Shown here piece after piece: positions 15,362 through 28,299 of a DNA stretch of 64,000 bases. How positions within the stretch are numbered: the stretch's first letter is position 1; every line of letters starts with the position of its first letter. The stretch comes from Escherichia coli (GTDB lineage: Bacteria > Pseudomonadota > Gammaproteobacteria > Enterobacterales > Enterobacteriaceae). The notes under the pieces were generated by a model, which worked only from the letters and a program-made list of their open reading frames with translations, searched no databases and was not told the origin of the DNA. The stretch lies in assembly GCF_003991155.1 (NCBI RefSeq), contig NZ_CP031293.1. One strand, written 5' to 3'. A program made the translations under genes and the position numbers.

Positions 15362-17194
15362 TCAATGTTTCAACGACCAGAAGATCTTTTCTGCCAGACC
15401 TTGCGAAATACCCGGCACTTTTGCAATTTCCTCAACGCTGGCGTTACGTAAACCTTGCAAACCGCCCATATATTTCAACAACATTTGCCGACGTTTTGGC
15501 CCGACGCCTTCAATGGTTTCCAGGGAACTGGTATTTTTGACCTTCGCCCGTTTCTTACGGTGCCCACCAATCGCGTGATCGTGAGATTCATCGCGTATAT
15601 GCTGGATAACATGCAGCGCGGGAGAATCTGGCGGCAAACTGAATCCCTCACCTTCCGGCTCAAAGAACAGCGTTTCCAGCCCAGCCTTACGATCTGCACC
15701 TTTGGCAACGCCAAGTAGCAGCGGATGATTTTTATCCCATGAGACATCCAGTTCGGCGAAGACATTTTTCGCCTGCGCAAGCTGGCCTTTGCCGCCGTCG
15801 ATAAGGATCACATCCGGGATCTTACTGTCGTCAATGGCTTTACCATAACGCCGACGCAGCACCTGATTCATCGCCGCATAATCATCGCCCGGCGTGATGC
15901 CAGTAATGTTATAGCGCCGATACTCCGCACGCAGCGGGCCGTTAGCATCAAACACCACACAGGAAGCGACGGTTTGTTCACCCATGGTATGGCTGATGTC
16001 AAAGCACTCCATCCGCTTCACTTCCGGTAATTTCAACACGCTGGCAAGCGCGGTCAGTCGCTGGTGAACGGTAGATTGCTGCGAAAGTTTGCTGGTTAAG
16101 GCCGTCGCCGCATTGGTGCGCGCGAGTTTCAGATAACGCGCCCTATCGCCGCGAGGTTTGGTTTGAACATTAATCTTGCGTCCTGCCAGTTCTGAAAGGG
16201 AATCGGCGAGCAGCGTTTTATCGCTAAGATTAAAATCGAGCAGGATCTCACCCGGTAAGGTGCGCATCTGGCTGCCTTGTAAATAGAACTGACCTACGAA
16301 GGTTTCCACCACCTCGCTCAGTTCCGTACCGCCAGGCACTTTCGGGAAATAGCTACGGCTGCCGAGCACTTTGCCCTGACGAATGAACAATACGTGGACA
16401 CAAGCCATGCCCGCATCGAACGCCACACCAATAACGTCAAGGTCGTCGCCGGTATTGGACACAAACTGTTTTTCGGTGACGCGTCGCACCGCCTGAATTT
16501 GGTCGCGAATACGTGCCGCTTCTTCAAACTCCAGATTCTGGCTGGCAGTTTCCATACGGCTAATGAGTTGCGTAAGCACCTGATCATCTTTGCCAGACAA
16601 AAACAGGCGCACATACTCGACCTGCTGAGCGTATTCTTCTTCACTCACCAGTCCTTCAACGCACGGTCCCAGACAGCGCCCTATCTGATATTGCAGACAC
16701 GGACGCGAGCGATTGCGATAAACACTATTTTCGCACTGGCGAATGGGAAAAATCTTTTGCAGTAGCGCCAGTGTTTCACGTACGGCATAGCCATTCGGGA
16801 ACGGGCCGAAATATTCACCTTTGGCATGCTTCGCTCCACGATGCATAGCCAGACGCGGGTGAGTATCGCCACTCAGGAAGATAAAGGGATAAGATTTATC
16901 ATCGCGTAGCAAAACGTTGTAACGCGGCTGATAGAGTTTGATGTAGTTGTGTTCCAGCAACAGCGCTTCGGTTTCTGTATGAGTAACCGTTACATCAATT
17001 TGCTGGATCTGGGCGACCAGCGCTTCGGTTTTGCGCGAAGCGAGGTTGCTACGGAAATAGCTGGAAAGCCGTTTTTTCAGGTCTTTCGCTTTGCCGACAT
17101 AGATAACCGTACCACCAGCATCGTACATGCGATAAACGCCTGGCTGGCTGGTTACGGTTTTTAAAAACGCTTTTGCGTCAAACTGATCACTCAC
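15362..17194 (-). CDS. uvrC: Excinuclease ABC subunit C
   Basis: 610-aa ORF with GIY-YIG N-terminus ([25 protein letters not shown]). Confidence 0.95.
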
Positions 17195-17847
17195 TGACTT
17201 GATAATGTCTCCGCATTACACAGACCATGGCGAATTGCCAGGTGAGTCAGCTCAACATCGCCATGAATGTTTAGTTTACTGAACATACGATAGCGGTAGC
17301 TGTTCACCGTTTTCGGACTGAGATTGAGCTGTTCTGAGATCTCATTGACCTTCTGGCCCTTAGTGATCATCAGCATAATCTGCAATTCACGTTCAGACAA
17401 ACTGGCAAATGGACTTTCTGTTTTTTCTGGTTCGATCTGGCTTAATGCCATTTGTTGAGCGATGTCAGAAGCAATGTAACGCTGCCCAGAATAGACAGAA
17501 CGAATCGCACTCACGACTTCCTGCGGAGCCGCGCCTTTGCTGAGGTAGCCAGCAGCACCGGCCTGCATGACTTTCGCTGGTAAAGGGTTTTCTGTATGGA
17601 CAGTAAGCATGATGATTTTGACATCAGCTGTGGAACGCGCGATTTTACGCGTTGCCTCAAGGCCGCCAATGCCCGGCATACTCATGTCCATTAGCACCAC
17701 GTCAACGGCATTTGCCCGGCACCACTTAACGGCGTCTTCACCGCACGATGCCTCACCGACGACTTTTATACCCTTTATATCTTCCAGAATGCGTCGTATC
17801 CCTGCGCGCACCAGTTCGTGGTCATCAACAAGTAGAACGTTGATCAA
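17191..17847 (-). CDS. uvrY: Response regulator UvrY (BarA/UvrY system)
   Basis: 218-aa receiver plus LuxR-type HTH ORF matching recalled UvrY; 4-nt overlap with uvrC. Confidence 0.95.
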
Positions 17848-18304
17848 AGGAATATCTCCAGAAATAGGGATAACGCTACTGATAGTTAGTCATTCGTATA
17901 TTAGCGGTTTTTATTGCAACTTTGAAACGTTAAAAATGGTGGGTATTCGATTTTTCTCTCGTTTTTGTAAATTCGATTGTCCACAGTTATGGTCACGCCC
18001 GTCACCAACGGCTCCGGGATCGTTTCACAGTAAGCCCTGCGATGAAATGTGACAAAAATTGACTTTATTCAGCAAAAATGAAAATCAGCCCGCTGAATAT
18101 GTAACATTAATTAACCCGAACAATACGGGCAAAAAACATTCATGATAAAAATATTTATTGGTCATTATATTAACACATTTAATAGCACCGTTGACGGCAC
18201 GCTCAAAAAACAACCACTGCTATTTTTAGCAAAGCTTATGGTATACTCCGCCGCCTTAACATTTTTCACCGCAAATTTTCATTGCAACATGACGAGGAAA
18301 ATAA

Positions 18305-18529
18305 ATGAGTACGCCTGATTTTTCTACTGCCGAGAATAATCAAGAACTGGCAAATGAAGTCTCCTGCCTGAAAGCGATGCTGACGCTGATGCTGCAGGCG
18401 ATGGGACAAGCTGACGCGGGCCGCGTGATGTTAAAGATGGAAAAACAGCTTGCGCTGATCGAAGACGAAACCCAGGCTGCAGTATTTTCCAAAACGGTTA
18501 AGCAAATTAAACAAGCCTACCGTCAGTAA
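18305..18529 (+). CDS. yecF: DUF2594 protein YecF
   Basis: 74-aa ORF; synteny; terminator hairpin aaccggctga/tcagccggtt follows at about 18536-18570. Confidence 0.8.
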
Positions 18530-18595
18530 TATAAAACCGGCTGAGAGCGTGTCTTTCAGCCGGTTTTTGCATCTGGCACGCAGAAAGAAAAGCGA

Positions 18596-19318
18596 TCAAA
18601 TTAAGCCAGTAGCGGCCGCGTAACAGGCCACTTGGGTCTTATTCGGTGCATTGATTTTTTTCTGCATGTTTTTCTGATGGAAATTGACCGTATTCTCAGA
18701 GATTGACAAAATCATCGCTATCTCTGCTGATGTCTTCCCTTCCGCCGTCCATTTCAGAATTTCTTTTTCGCGCTTGCTGAAATTCATCTCTGGCGTCATC
18801 ACTATTTCATCATTTAAACGCATTAGAGCCATCAGACTTTCGCGCACCAGTAACTGCATTTTTAATTGCAGTTCATCACTAAGAATGGGTATTTCGCGCG
18901 TGCTGCAACGGGAAAAGGACAAAAAGCCCAGCGCCCGATTTGGCAGCATTAAATACTGAGTGACACCGCGGCGTAAACCATGTGCGCGCGCAGCTTCCCA
19001 TAACGGCTGTGCTTCGCTGAATAAGTCATCATTCCACATTAAATGGCCCTGACTAAAGTTTTCAGGGTTCAGCACCGGATCAATTGCGAGAAAATTTTTT
19101 GCCTGATAATAACTAACCCACGACTCAGGGTAATTGGTGTAGAAAGCCACTTTAGGTCGCGTGAATGGTACCGGGTGGCGAACACATAACGAATAGTAAT
19201 CGTACTCCAGCTGCTGAGCCTGAAGCTCTATTTCATGGTAGACCTCTTCTGCGGCCTCCATCCTCTGAAAACGCAACAGCATCGTGCGAAGCCAGCTGAA
19301 AAAATCCGTATCCTGCAT
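18596..19318 (-). CDS. sdiA: LuxR-family quorum-sensing regulator SdiA
   Basis: ORF matches recalled SdiA from MQDTDFFSW (240 aa). Confidence 0.95.
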   Translation of the reverse strand: MQDTDFFSWLRTMLLRFQRMEAAEEVYHEIELQAQQLEYDYYSLCVRHPVPFTRPKVAFYTNYPESWVSYYQAKNFLAIDPVLNPENFSQGHLMWNDDLFSEAQPLWEAARAHGLRRGVTQYLMLPNRALGFLSFSRCSTREIPILSDELQLKMQLLVRESLMALMRLNDEIVMTPEMNFSKREKEILKWTAEGKTSAEIAMILSISENTVNFHQKNMQKKINAPNKTQVACYAAATGLI

Positions 19319-19547
19319 AGTAAACCGCAACGCCCCTGAGAGTGAGTATCATTTATAATGATAATTCAAACTATCACATAAATAAGATTTATATATAATT
19401 TATATTATTCAGGCAATGAATTACTTTTGCAAGCCATCGCATTCTCTTATGTTATTAATGAGTTATGCTGATTTGTTAAGCAGTTTTATCACGTTTGAAG
19501 TGGCGCACCGCCCCGACTGGTGAATCGTCGGGGCTGATTTTTTCTTA

Positions 19548-20300
19548 TTATTGCAGCAGAAACTTCTCGAGGAACTGGCGGGTGCGAGGCTGCTGAGGAT
19601 CGGCAAATAACGCTTTTGCTACCCCCTGCTCGACTATCCGCCCCTGGTCCATAAAAATCGCCCGGTCCGCAACATCCCGGGCAAAGCTCATTTCGTGCGT
19701 CACAATCACCATCGTGCGCTTTTCCTGCGCCAGCTGACGAATGGTGTTCAGGACTTCGCCCACCAGCTCTGGATCCAGCGCCGACGTTGGCTCATCAAAC
19801 AAAATCACTTCAGGACGCATTGCCAGAGCACGCGCAATCGCAACGCGCTGCTGTTGACCGCCAGACAAACGACGTGGATAACTGGTTTCTTTACCGGCCA
19901 GCCCAACTTTCGCCAGCAGCTCGCGAGCGCGCGCCGTGGCCTCTTCTTTCGGTTCGCCTTTGACGATCACCGGCCCTTCAATAATGTTTTCCAGCACCGT
20001 ACGATGTGGAAACAAATTAAAGTTCTGGAAGACAAACCCGACGTGTTGACGCAACTGGCGAATCAGCGATTTTTGCTGACTTAATGAACGTGCAGTATCA
20101 ATAGTGATATCGCCAACGGTGATGGTTCCCGCTTCCGGTTGTTCCAGCAGATTTATGCTGCGTAGCAACGTGGTTTTACCGGAACCACTCGGACCGATAA
20201 TTGCCACTACTTCGCCAGGCTTTACCTCGAGGTCGATACCGTGCAGCACCGTCTGACCGTGGAATTTTTTCACCAGGTTCTTAACTTCAATGGCACTCAT
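19548..20300 (-). CDS. tcyN: Cystine ABC transporter ATP-binding protein
   Basis: 250-aa ABC ATPase (GPSGSGKTT Walker A); synteny (yecC). Confidence 0.9.
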   Translation of the reverse strand: MSAIEVKNLVKKFHGQTVLHGIDLEVKPGEVVAIIGPSGSGKTTLLRSINLLEQPEAGTITVGDITIDTARSLSQQKSLIRQLRQHVGFVFQNFNLFPHRTVLENIIEGPVIVKGEPKEEATARARELLAKVGLAGKETSYPRRLSGGQQQRVAIARALAMRPEVILFDEPTSALDPELVGEVLNTIRQLAQEKRTMVIVTHEMSFARDVADRAIFMDQGRIVEQGVAKALFADPQQPRTRQFLEKFLLQ

Positions 20301-20965
20301 TTGGGTTCCCTCTCCTGGCGATTAAGTTGATTCTCAAAATGGTTCTGCAACGTCGATAACACAGTCGCCATAATCCAGTAGATGAGCGAAGCCGCCAGAT
20401 ACATGGTGAACACCTCCAGCGTGCGCGAGGTAATCAACTGCGCCTGACGGAACAGCTCCGGCACCTGGATTGTCGCGGCCAGCGACGTATCTTTTACCAG
20501 GCTGATAAAGCTGTTCGACAGCGGCGGCAACGCCACCCGCGCCGCCTGTGGCAAAATCGCGCGACGCATGGTCTGCCACGGCGTCATACCAATACTGGCA
20601 GCAGCTTCCCACTGACCTTTATCAATAGAAGAAATGGCGGCACGCAGCGTTTCGGCAGCATAGGCGGCAGTGTTTAGCGACAGACCAATCATTGCTGACG
20701 GAATGGGATCTAGTTCGATGCCAAACTGCGGCAAGCCGTAATAGATCATAAACAGTTGTGCGATGAGTGGCGTACCACGAAAAATAGAGATATAAAAACG
20801 CGCCAGCCAGCGCACGGGCCAGATTGGCGAAAGGCGCATCAGCGCGAGAATAAACCCTAGCAGTAAGCCAAAAAACATACCGCCGATACTGAGTTGCAGC
20901 GTATACCCAGCCCCTTTCAGCAGGAACGGCAAGGAATCAATAACCAGTTGTATACTTTCTTGCAT
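20297..20965 (-). CDS. tcyL: Cystine ABC transporter permease
   Basis: Membrane ORF; start at MQESIQLVID (222 aa); synteny (yecS). Confidence 0.9.
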   Translation of the reverse strand: MQESIQLVIDSLPFLLKGAGYTLQLSIGGMFFGLLLGFILALMRLSPIWPVRWLARFYISIFRGTPLIAQLFMIYYGLPQFGIELDPIPSAMIGLSLNTAAYAAETLRAAISSIDKGQWEAAASIGMTPWQTMRRAILPQAARVALPPLSNSFISLVKDTSLAATIQVPELFRQAQLITSRTLEVFTMYLAASLIYWIMATVLSTLQNHFENQLNRQEREPK

Positions 20966-20979
20966 GAGCATTTCCGGAG

Positions 20980-22871
<1,892 letters not shown>

Positions 22872-22958
22872 ATTCACCCCGAATGTTGTTATGTCTGTTT
22901 GCAGTGTAGAGCCATTGTTTGTAAACACAAAAACAACTCCGCTACATCTTATTCTTAT

Positions 22959-23510
22959 TTAATATATATCAGAAGCAGGCAGGCTGGAGGATTTCTGCAC
23001 AAGTCCGGTACACGTTTGACGCTGATAGTGTTGATACTTCCGTAACGCGATGCGGTAATTGTTGGTGCTGGTGGAGGGCAGCCACGGGGCGAGGATTTCA
23101 TCAAGGAAACCGTCCTGCAGCTGATCGAGGGAAATATTTTGCTCGTGTAGATGATTCCCCAAACGGCGCAGACGAACGACATATTCACGCACCGTACCAG
23201 GGCTCATTTCAGTTTGCTCAAAAAGAAATTGCTTAAAGCCGATAATATCGAAAAAATCACTCTGCGTTTTGCAATGTAAATCACCGCAAAATCGGCACAA
23301 TGCTGCCCATGATTGTTGTTCCACTTGCCAGCCATTTTCATCAAGCAGCGTGTCCAGGCGGGAAATCTCGATTTTATTCACTATTTTGCCGTCGCGAACT
23401 AAGGTAATGCGATCGAGTAATTTACGGCAATGCGCGCAATGGGTCTGGCTGTGTTTAAAGTCTTTAAGATAGCGGCTTAATGGCCGTCTTTTCAGGTGCT
23501 GCACCATCAT
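22959..23510 (-). CDS. fliZ: Flagellar/RpoS regulatory protein FliZ
   Basis: ORF matches recalled FliZ from MMVQHLKRRPLSRY (183 aa). Confidence 0.9.
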   Translation of the reverse strand: MMVQHLKRRPLSRYLKDFKHSQTHCAHCRKLLDRITLVRDGKIVNKIEISRLDTLLDENGWQVEQQSWAALCRFCGDLHCKTQSDFFDIIGFKQFLFEQTEMSPGTVREYVVRLRRLGNHLHEQNISLDQLQDGFLDEILAPWLPSTSTNNYRIALRKYQHYQRQTCTGLVQKSSSLPASDIY

Positions 23511-23555
23511 TAAGAACTCCTGGTAGTCAAAATTAAAGTGCGGCATTTACTGACG

Positions 23556-24275
23556 TTATAACTTACCCAGTTTAGTGCGTAACCGTTTAATGGCCTGGCT
23601 GTGTAACTGACTGACCCGCGATTCCCCGACCTCCAGCACCGCGCCAATCTCTTTGAGATTCAGCTCTTCCTGGTAATAGAGGGTTAATACCAGTTTTTCG
23701 CGCTCCGGCAACGTTTCGATAGCTTCCATCACCCGCTGGCGCAGATTACTGTCCAGCAGTTGTTGTAGCGGGTTTTCTCGCTGATGATCATCAGTAACTA
23801 GTTCGATGCTATCGCCGTGCTCTTCGCGCCACTCATCGTAGGAGAAGAGCTGGCTGTTATTGGTGTCGAGCAACATTTGGCGATAATCGGCAATATCGAT
23901 CCCTAAACGTTCCGCAACCTCCGTTTCCGTGGCGTTGCGGCCAAGTTCCTGCTCCAGTTGCCCTATTGCCTGTGCCACTTCACGCGCGTTGCGTCGCACG
24001 CTGCGCGGCACCCAGTCACGGCTGCGAAGTTCATCCAGCATAGCGCCACGGATACGCTGCACTGCGTAAGTTGTAAATGCCGTTCCTTGTAGGGCGTCAT
24101 AGCGTTCGACGGCATTAAGTAACCCAATGCCGCCCGCCTGTAGCAGATCGTCAAGTTCCACGCTCGCGGGCAGTCGAACCTGCAGGCGCAATGCTTCGTG
24201 ACGCACCAGCGGGACATAACGCTGCCACAGCGAGTGTTTATCCATTACACCTTCAGCGGTATAGAGTGAATTCAC
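23556..24275 (-). CDS. fliA: Flagellar sigma factor sigma-28
   Basis: 239-aa sigma-70-family ORF matching recalled FliA. Confidence 0.95.
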   Translation of the reverse strand: MNSLYTAEGVMDKHSLWQRYVPLVRHEALRLQVRLPASVELDDLLQAGGIGLLNAVERYDALQGTAFTTYAVQRIRGAMLDELRSRDWVPRSVRRNAREVAQAIGQLEQELGRNATETEVAERLGIDIADYRQMLLDTNNSQLFSYDEWREEHGDSIELVTDDHQRENPLQQLLDSNLRQRVMEAIETLPEREKLVLTLYYQEELNLKEIGAVLEVGESRVSQLHSQAIKRLRTKLGKL

Positions 24276-24396
24276 GATAAACAGCCCTGCGTTATATGAG
24301 TTATCGGCATGATTATCCGTTTCTGCAGGGTTTTTAATCGGACGATTAGTGGGTGAAATGAGGGGTTATTTGGGGGTTACCGGTAAATTGCGGGCA

Positions 24397-24420
24397 GAAA
24401 AAACCCCGCCGGTGGCGGGG
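24397..24420 (-). terminator. Rho-independent terminator of fliC
   Basis: GC-rich hairpin ccccgcc/ggcgggg followed on the minus strand by TTTTTT. Confidence 0.7.
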
Positions 24421-24438
24421 TCAGGCAGGTTAAGGCCA

Positions 24439-25770
24439 TTAGCCTTGTAACAGAGACAGAACTTGCTGCGGTACCTGGTTGGCTTTAGACAGCACGGAGT
24501 TACCCGCCTGCTGGATGATCTGTGCTTTCGACATGTTGGACACTTCGGTCGCATAGTCGGCGTCCTGAATACGGGACTGCGCTTCAGACAGGTTGGTAGT
24601 GGTGTTGTTCAGGTTGGTGATAGCGGAATCGAGACGGTTCTGCACGGCACCTAGAGAAGAGCGGAATTTGTCGACTGTTGCAATAGCTTTATCCAGAAGC
24701 GCCAGCGGATCCTCAGTTGAAGCACCTTCAAATTGCTCAGTCGCAGTTGTAGTTACCTTACCATTAGTATCAGTAACATCACTTAAATTCAGATCAGTTA
24801 ACTCAAGAGCTGTTGCTCCATTCTTAAGAATGTCTGCCGCATCACCAGCAGAATAGTTTTTGCCTTGAAGTGTGACGAAACCTTGAGCTGCGCCGTCTTT
24901 ATCTGCTGAAACTTTGATCAGCTGATCTGTTTGCTTGGCATCGTCAACACCGTTCGCATAATCATCATAAGTAACATCAATGGTGTTTAAGGTTACTTTA
25001 CCTGAAGCGGCATCAACAGAAGCAGCATAGAAGTCTTTACCTGACTGAACAACATAATCAGCTGTTGCCTTACCATCTTTATCAAGGATGTTGTGCAGCG
25101 ACAGGCTTGACGTATCGGATACACCCAATTTAGTTGCAATTGCTGCAGACTCATCAGTATTACCGAAGTTAACATCAACAGGTTTATCGCCAGCGTCTTG
25201 CGGGATAGATGTGATAGCATTGCTGACATTAAGAGAGTTTTTAGAAACTGAGAAGCCATTCAGCCCCAAAGTTGAAGAATCAATTTTCTTCAGATCGATG
25301 GAGATAGTTTGACCATCATTCGCACCAACCTGAATTTTCATTGAACCATCTTTGGAAAGAACATTAACGCCGTTGAACTGAGTCTGACCGGATACGCGGT
25401 CAATTTCATCGAGACGGGATTTGATTTCGTCCTGGATTGAAGATAGGTCAGAATCAGAGTTAGTACCGGTAGTGGCCTGAACGGTCAGTTCACGAACACG
25501 CTGCAAGTTGTTGTTGATTTCAGACAGTGCGCCTTCAGTGGTCTGCGCCAGAGAGATACCGTCGTTGGCGTTACGTGCGGCCTGAGTCAGACCTTTGATG
25601 TTAGAAGTGAAGCGGTTAGCAATCGCCTGGCCCGCAGCGTCATCTTTAGCGCTGTTAATGCGCAGACCAGAAGAGAGGCGCTCGATAGAAGTCGACAGCG
25701 CAGACTGGTTTTTGTTGATGTTGTTCTGAGTGATCAGCGAGAGGCTGTTGGTATTAATGACTTGTGCCAT
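24439..25770 (-). CDS. fliC: Flagellin, non-K-12 allele (443 aa)
   Basis: Conserved flagellin N-terminus (MAQVINTNSLSLITQNNINKNQSAL) and C-terminus (QVPQQVLSLLQG) flanking a divergent central domain; about 55 residues shorter than recalled K-12 FliC. Confidence 0.95.
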   Translation of the reverse strand: MAQVINTNSLSLITQNNINKNQSALSTSIERLSSGLRINSAKDDAAGQAIANRFTSNIKGLTQAARNANDGISLAQTTEGALSEINNNLQRVRELTVQATTGTNSDSDLSSIQDEIKSRLDEIDRVSGQTQFNGVNVLSKDGSMKIQVGANDGQTISIDLKKIDSSTLGLNGFSVSKNSLNVSNAITSIPQDAGDKPVDVNFGNTDESAAIATKLGVSDTSSLSLHNILDKDGKATADYVVQSGKDFYAASVDAASGKVTLNTIDVTYDDYANGVDDAKQTDQLIKVSADKDGAAQGFVTLQGKNYSAGDAADILKNGATALELTDLNLSDVTDTNGKVTTTATEQFEGASTEDPLALLDKAIATVDKFRSSLGAVQNRLDSAITNLNNTTTNLSEAQSRIQDADYATEVSNMSKAQIIQQAGNSVLSKANQVPQQVLSLLQG

Positions 25771-25846
25771 GATTTCTTTTCCTGTTTTCAAGTCTACGGT
25801 TTAAGTATTGGGCTTCCACCCTTCGGCTTCGTCGCCGTCAACCCTG

Positions 25847-25873
25847 TTATCGTCTGGTCACTCACAACCTTTA
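25847..25873 (-). promoter_or_regulatory. Sigma-28 (class 3) promoter of fliC
   Basis: Minus strand reads TAAA-N15-GACGATAA, close to the sigma-28 consensus TAAA-N15-GCCGATAA. Confidence 0.65.
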
Positions 25874-25946
25874 GAATTTTTTTCTAGCGGTCGAAATACT
25901 CCCCTTCCTCGTTGCTGTTCGTGTCATTAAGCCAAAAAATAAATCG

Positions 25947-25973
25947 TAAACTTTGCCCCGCTTACGCCGATAA
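25947..25973 (+). promoter_or_regulatory. Sigma-28 (class 3) promoter of fliD-fliS-fliT
   Basis: Exact consensus TAAA-N15-GCCGATAA on the plus strand, about 40 bp upstream of the fliD start. Confidence 0.75.
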
Positions 25974-26015
25974 CCCCGATATTCGTTCTATACGTCGCAT
26001 GATTAAGGAATCTAT

Positions 26016-27431
26016 ATGGCTAGTATTTCAACGCTTGGGGTTGGGTCGGGGCTGGACTTAAGCAGCATCCTTGACAGTCTGGAGGCGGCAGAAAAATCTA
26101 CCCTGACGCCGATATCAAAACAGCAAAGCTCTTATACCGCGAAACTGAGCGCCTACGGGACGCTGAAAAGCGCACTAGAGAGCTTCCAGACAGCCAACAC
26201 AGCACTGAATAAAGCCGATTTATTTACCGCCACCTCAACCACCAGCAGTTCATCGGCTTTCAGCGCCACCACCACGGGCAGCGCGATTGCCGGGAAATAC
26301 ACCATTAGCGTTAGCCAACTGGCGCAGGCACAGACGCTGACCACCCAAAATAGTCAAAAAGACAGTAAAGCTGCCATCGCCACCAGCGATAGCGTACTAA
26401 CCATCCAGCAAGGTGGCGGTAAAGATCCGGTCACGATTGATATCAGCGCGGCTAACTCGTCACTTTCCGGCATTCGCGATGCCATTAACAACGCCAAAGC
26501 TGGTGTCAGCGCCAGTATCATCCATGTGGGTAACGGCGAGTATCGTCTGTCCATCACTGCTAACGATACGGGCAGCGATAACGCTATGAAACTTAGCGTC
26601 AGCGGCGACAGCGCCCTGGAAAGTTTTATGGGTTACAACGGAACGTCGGGTGATAGCAGCAATGGCATGATTGAAAGCGTCACTGCGCAAAACGCCAAAC
26701 TGACAGTCAATAACGTTGAGATTGAAAACAGCAGTAACACTATCAGCGACGCGCTGGAAGATATCACCCTCAACCTGAATGACGTCACCACCGGTAATCA
26801 GACACTGACCATCAGTAAAGACACATCCAAAGCTGAAAATGCGGTTAAAACGTGGGTGGATGCCTATAACTCATTGCAGGATACGTTCAGCAGCTTAACC
26901 AAATACACCGCTGTCGATGCCGGAGCAGAGAGTCAGGACTCCAGCAATGGCGCATTACTCGGTGACTCCACACTGCGTACCATCCAGACTCAGCTTAAAA
27001 CCTTGCTCGCCAATACTCACAGCAGTTCAAACTATAAAACGCTGGCACAGATTGGCATTACCAGCGATGCCAGTACCGGCAAGCTGGAAATCGCGACCGA
27101 CAAACTGCAAACGGCGCTAAAAAAAGATGCCGCTGGCATCAGTGAAATGTTTATAGGTGACGGTAAAAGTACAGGGGTAACCACCGGCATTAGTAGCAAC
27201 CTAACCAGTTGGCTCTCTTCCACCGGGATAATCCAGGCCGCAAAAGATGGCGTCAGCAAAACGCTGAATAATTTGACCGACCAGTACAACGCAGCCAGTG
27301 AGCGTATCGATACCTTAATGACGCGCTATAAAGCCCAGTTCACCCAATTAGATGTGTTAATGAACTCGCTTAACTCCACCAGTAGCTATCTGACACAGCA
27401 ATTCGACACCTCAAATAGCAACTCGAAATAA
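26016..27431 (+). CDS. fliD: Flagellar filament capping protein
   Basis: 471-aa ORF with FliD-like N- and C-termini; synteny. Confidence 0.95.
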   Translation: MASISTLGVGSGLDLSSILDSLEAAEKSTLTPISKQQSSYTAKLSAYGTLKSALESFQTANTALNKADLFTATSTTSSSSAFSATTTGSAIAGKYTISVSQLAQAQTLTTQNSQKDSKAAIATSDSVLTIQQGGGKDPVTIDISAANSSLSGIRDAINNAKAGVSASIIHVGNGEYRLSITANDTGSDNAMKLSVSGDSALESFMGYNGTSGDSSNGMIESVTAQNAKLTVNNVEIENSSNTISDALEDITLNLNDVTTGNQTLTISKDTSKAENAVKTWVDAYNSLQDTFSSLTKYTAVDAGAESQDSSNGALLGDSTLRTIQTQLKTLLANTHSSSNYKTLAQIGITSDASTGKLEIATDKLQTALKKDAAGISEMFIGDGKSTGVTTGISSNLTSWLSSTGIIQAAKDGVSKTLNNLTDQYNAASERIDTLMTRYKAQFTQLDVLMNSLNSTSSYLTQQFDTSNSNSK

Positions 27432-27446
27432 TCTTCAGGAGAAACT

Positions 27447-27857
27447 ATGTACGCGGCAAAAGGCACCCAGGCCTATGCACAAATTGGCGTCGAAAGCGCC
27501 GTAATGAGCGCCAGCCAACAGCAGCTGGTCACCATGCTATTTGATGGAGTGCTGAGCGCACTGGTTAGAGCGCGCCTGTTTATGCAGGACAACAATCAGC
27601 AAGGCAAAGGCGTCTCTTTATCAAAAGCGATCAACATCATTGAGAACGGGCTGCGGGTGAGTCTTGATGAAGAGAGCAAAGACGAATTAACCCAAAACTT
27701 GATTGCTCTTTATAGCTATATGGTCAGGCGTTTGCTGCAAGCCAATTTACGCAACGATGTCTCCGCAGTCGAAGAAGTGGAAGCATTAATGCGCAATATT
27801 GCCGATGCCTGGAAAGAGTCTTTACTCTCCCCTTCTTTGATTCAGGACCCAGTCTGA
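27447..27857 (+). CDS. fliS: Flagellin-specific export chaperone
   Basis: 136-aa ORF; synteny. Confidence 0.95.
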   Translation: MYAAKGTQAYAQIGVESAVMSASQQQLVTMLFDGVLSALVRARLFMQDNNQQGKGVSLSKAINIIENGLRVSLDEESKDELTQNLIALYSYMVRRLLQANLRNDVSAVEEVEALMRNIADAWKESLLSPSLIQDPV

Positions 27858-28222
27858 TGAACCACGCACCGCATTTGTATTTCGCCTGGCAACAACTCGT
27901 CGAAAAAAGCCAGCTCATGTTACGCCTGGCAACGGAAGAACAATGGGACGAACTCATCGCCAGCGAAATGGCGTATGTGAATGCGGTGCAGGAGATTGCA
28001 CATCTGACTGAAGAGATTGACCCGTCCATCACGATGCAGGAGCAGCTCCGCCCGATGCTGCTCCTGATTCTCGATAACGAAAGCAAGGTAAAGCAGTTAT
28101 TACAGATTCGGATGGATGAACTGGCGAAACTGGTCGGTCAGTCATCGGTGCAAAAATCGGTGTTAAGTGCCTATGGCGATCAGGGCGGCTTTGTGCTGGC
28201 TCCGCAAGATAACTTCTCGTGA
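27857..28222 (+). CDS. fliT: FliD-specific export chaperone
   Basis: 121-aa ORF; start overlaps the fliS stop. Confidence 0.9.
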   Translation: MNHAPHLYFAWQQLVEKSQLMLRLATEEQWDELIASEMAYVNAVQEIAHLTEEIDPSITMQEQLRPMLLLILDNESKVKQLLQIRMDELAKLVGQSSVQKSVLSAYGDQGGFVLAPQDNFS

Positions 28223-28299
28223 ATCTTAACGAGCTAATGGCTCGCGAATAATCCGATTACGGCTACGCTTCTAATGTTCCCCTTGAATGGAGTCGAAGA

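Noticed and set aside
19505-19545. Hairpin ccccgac/gtcgggg with T-run just downstream of tcyN
   Set aside because: The T-run lies on the plus strand, where there is no upstream plus-strand gene; probably a bidirectional or REP-like intergenic hairpin rather than a distinct feature.
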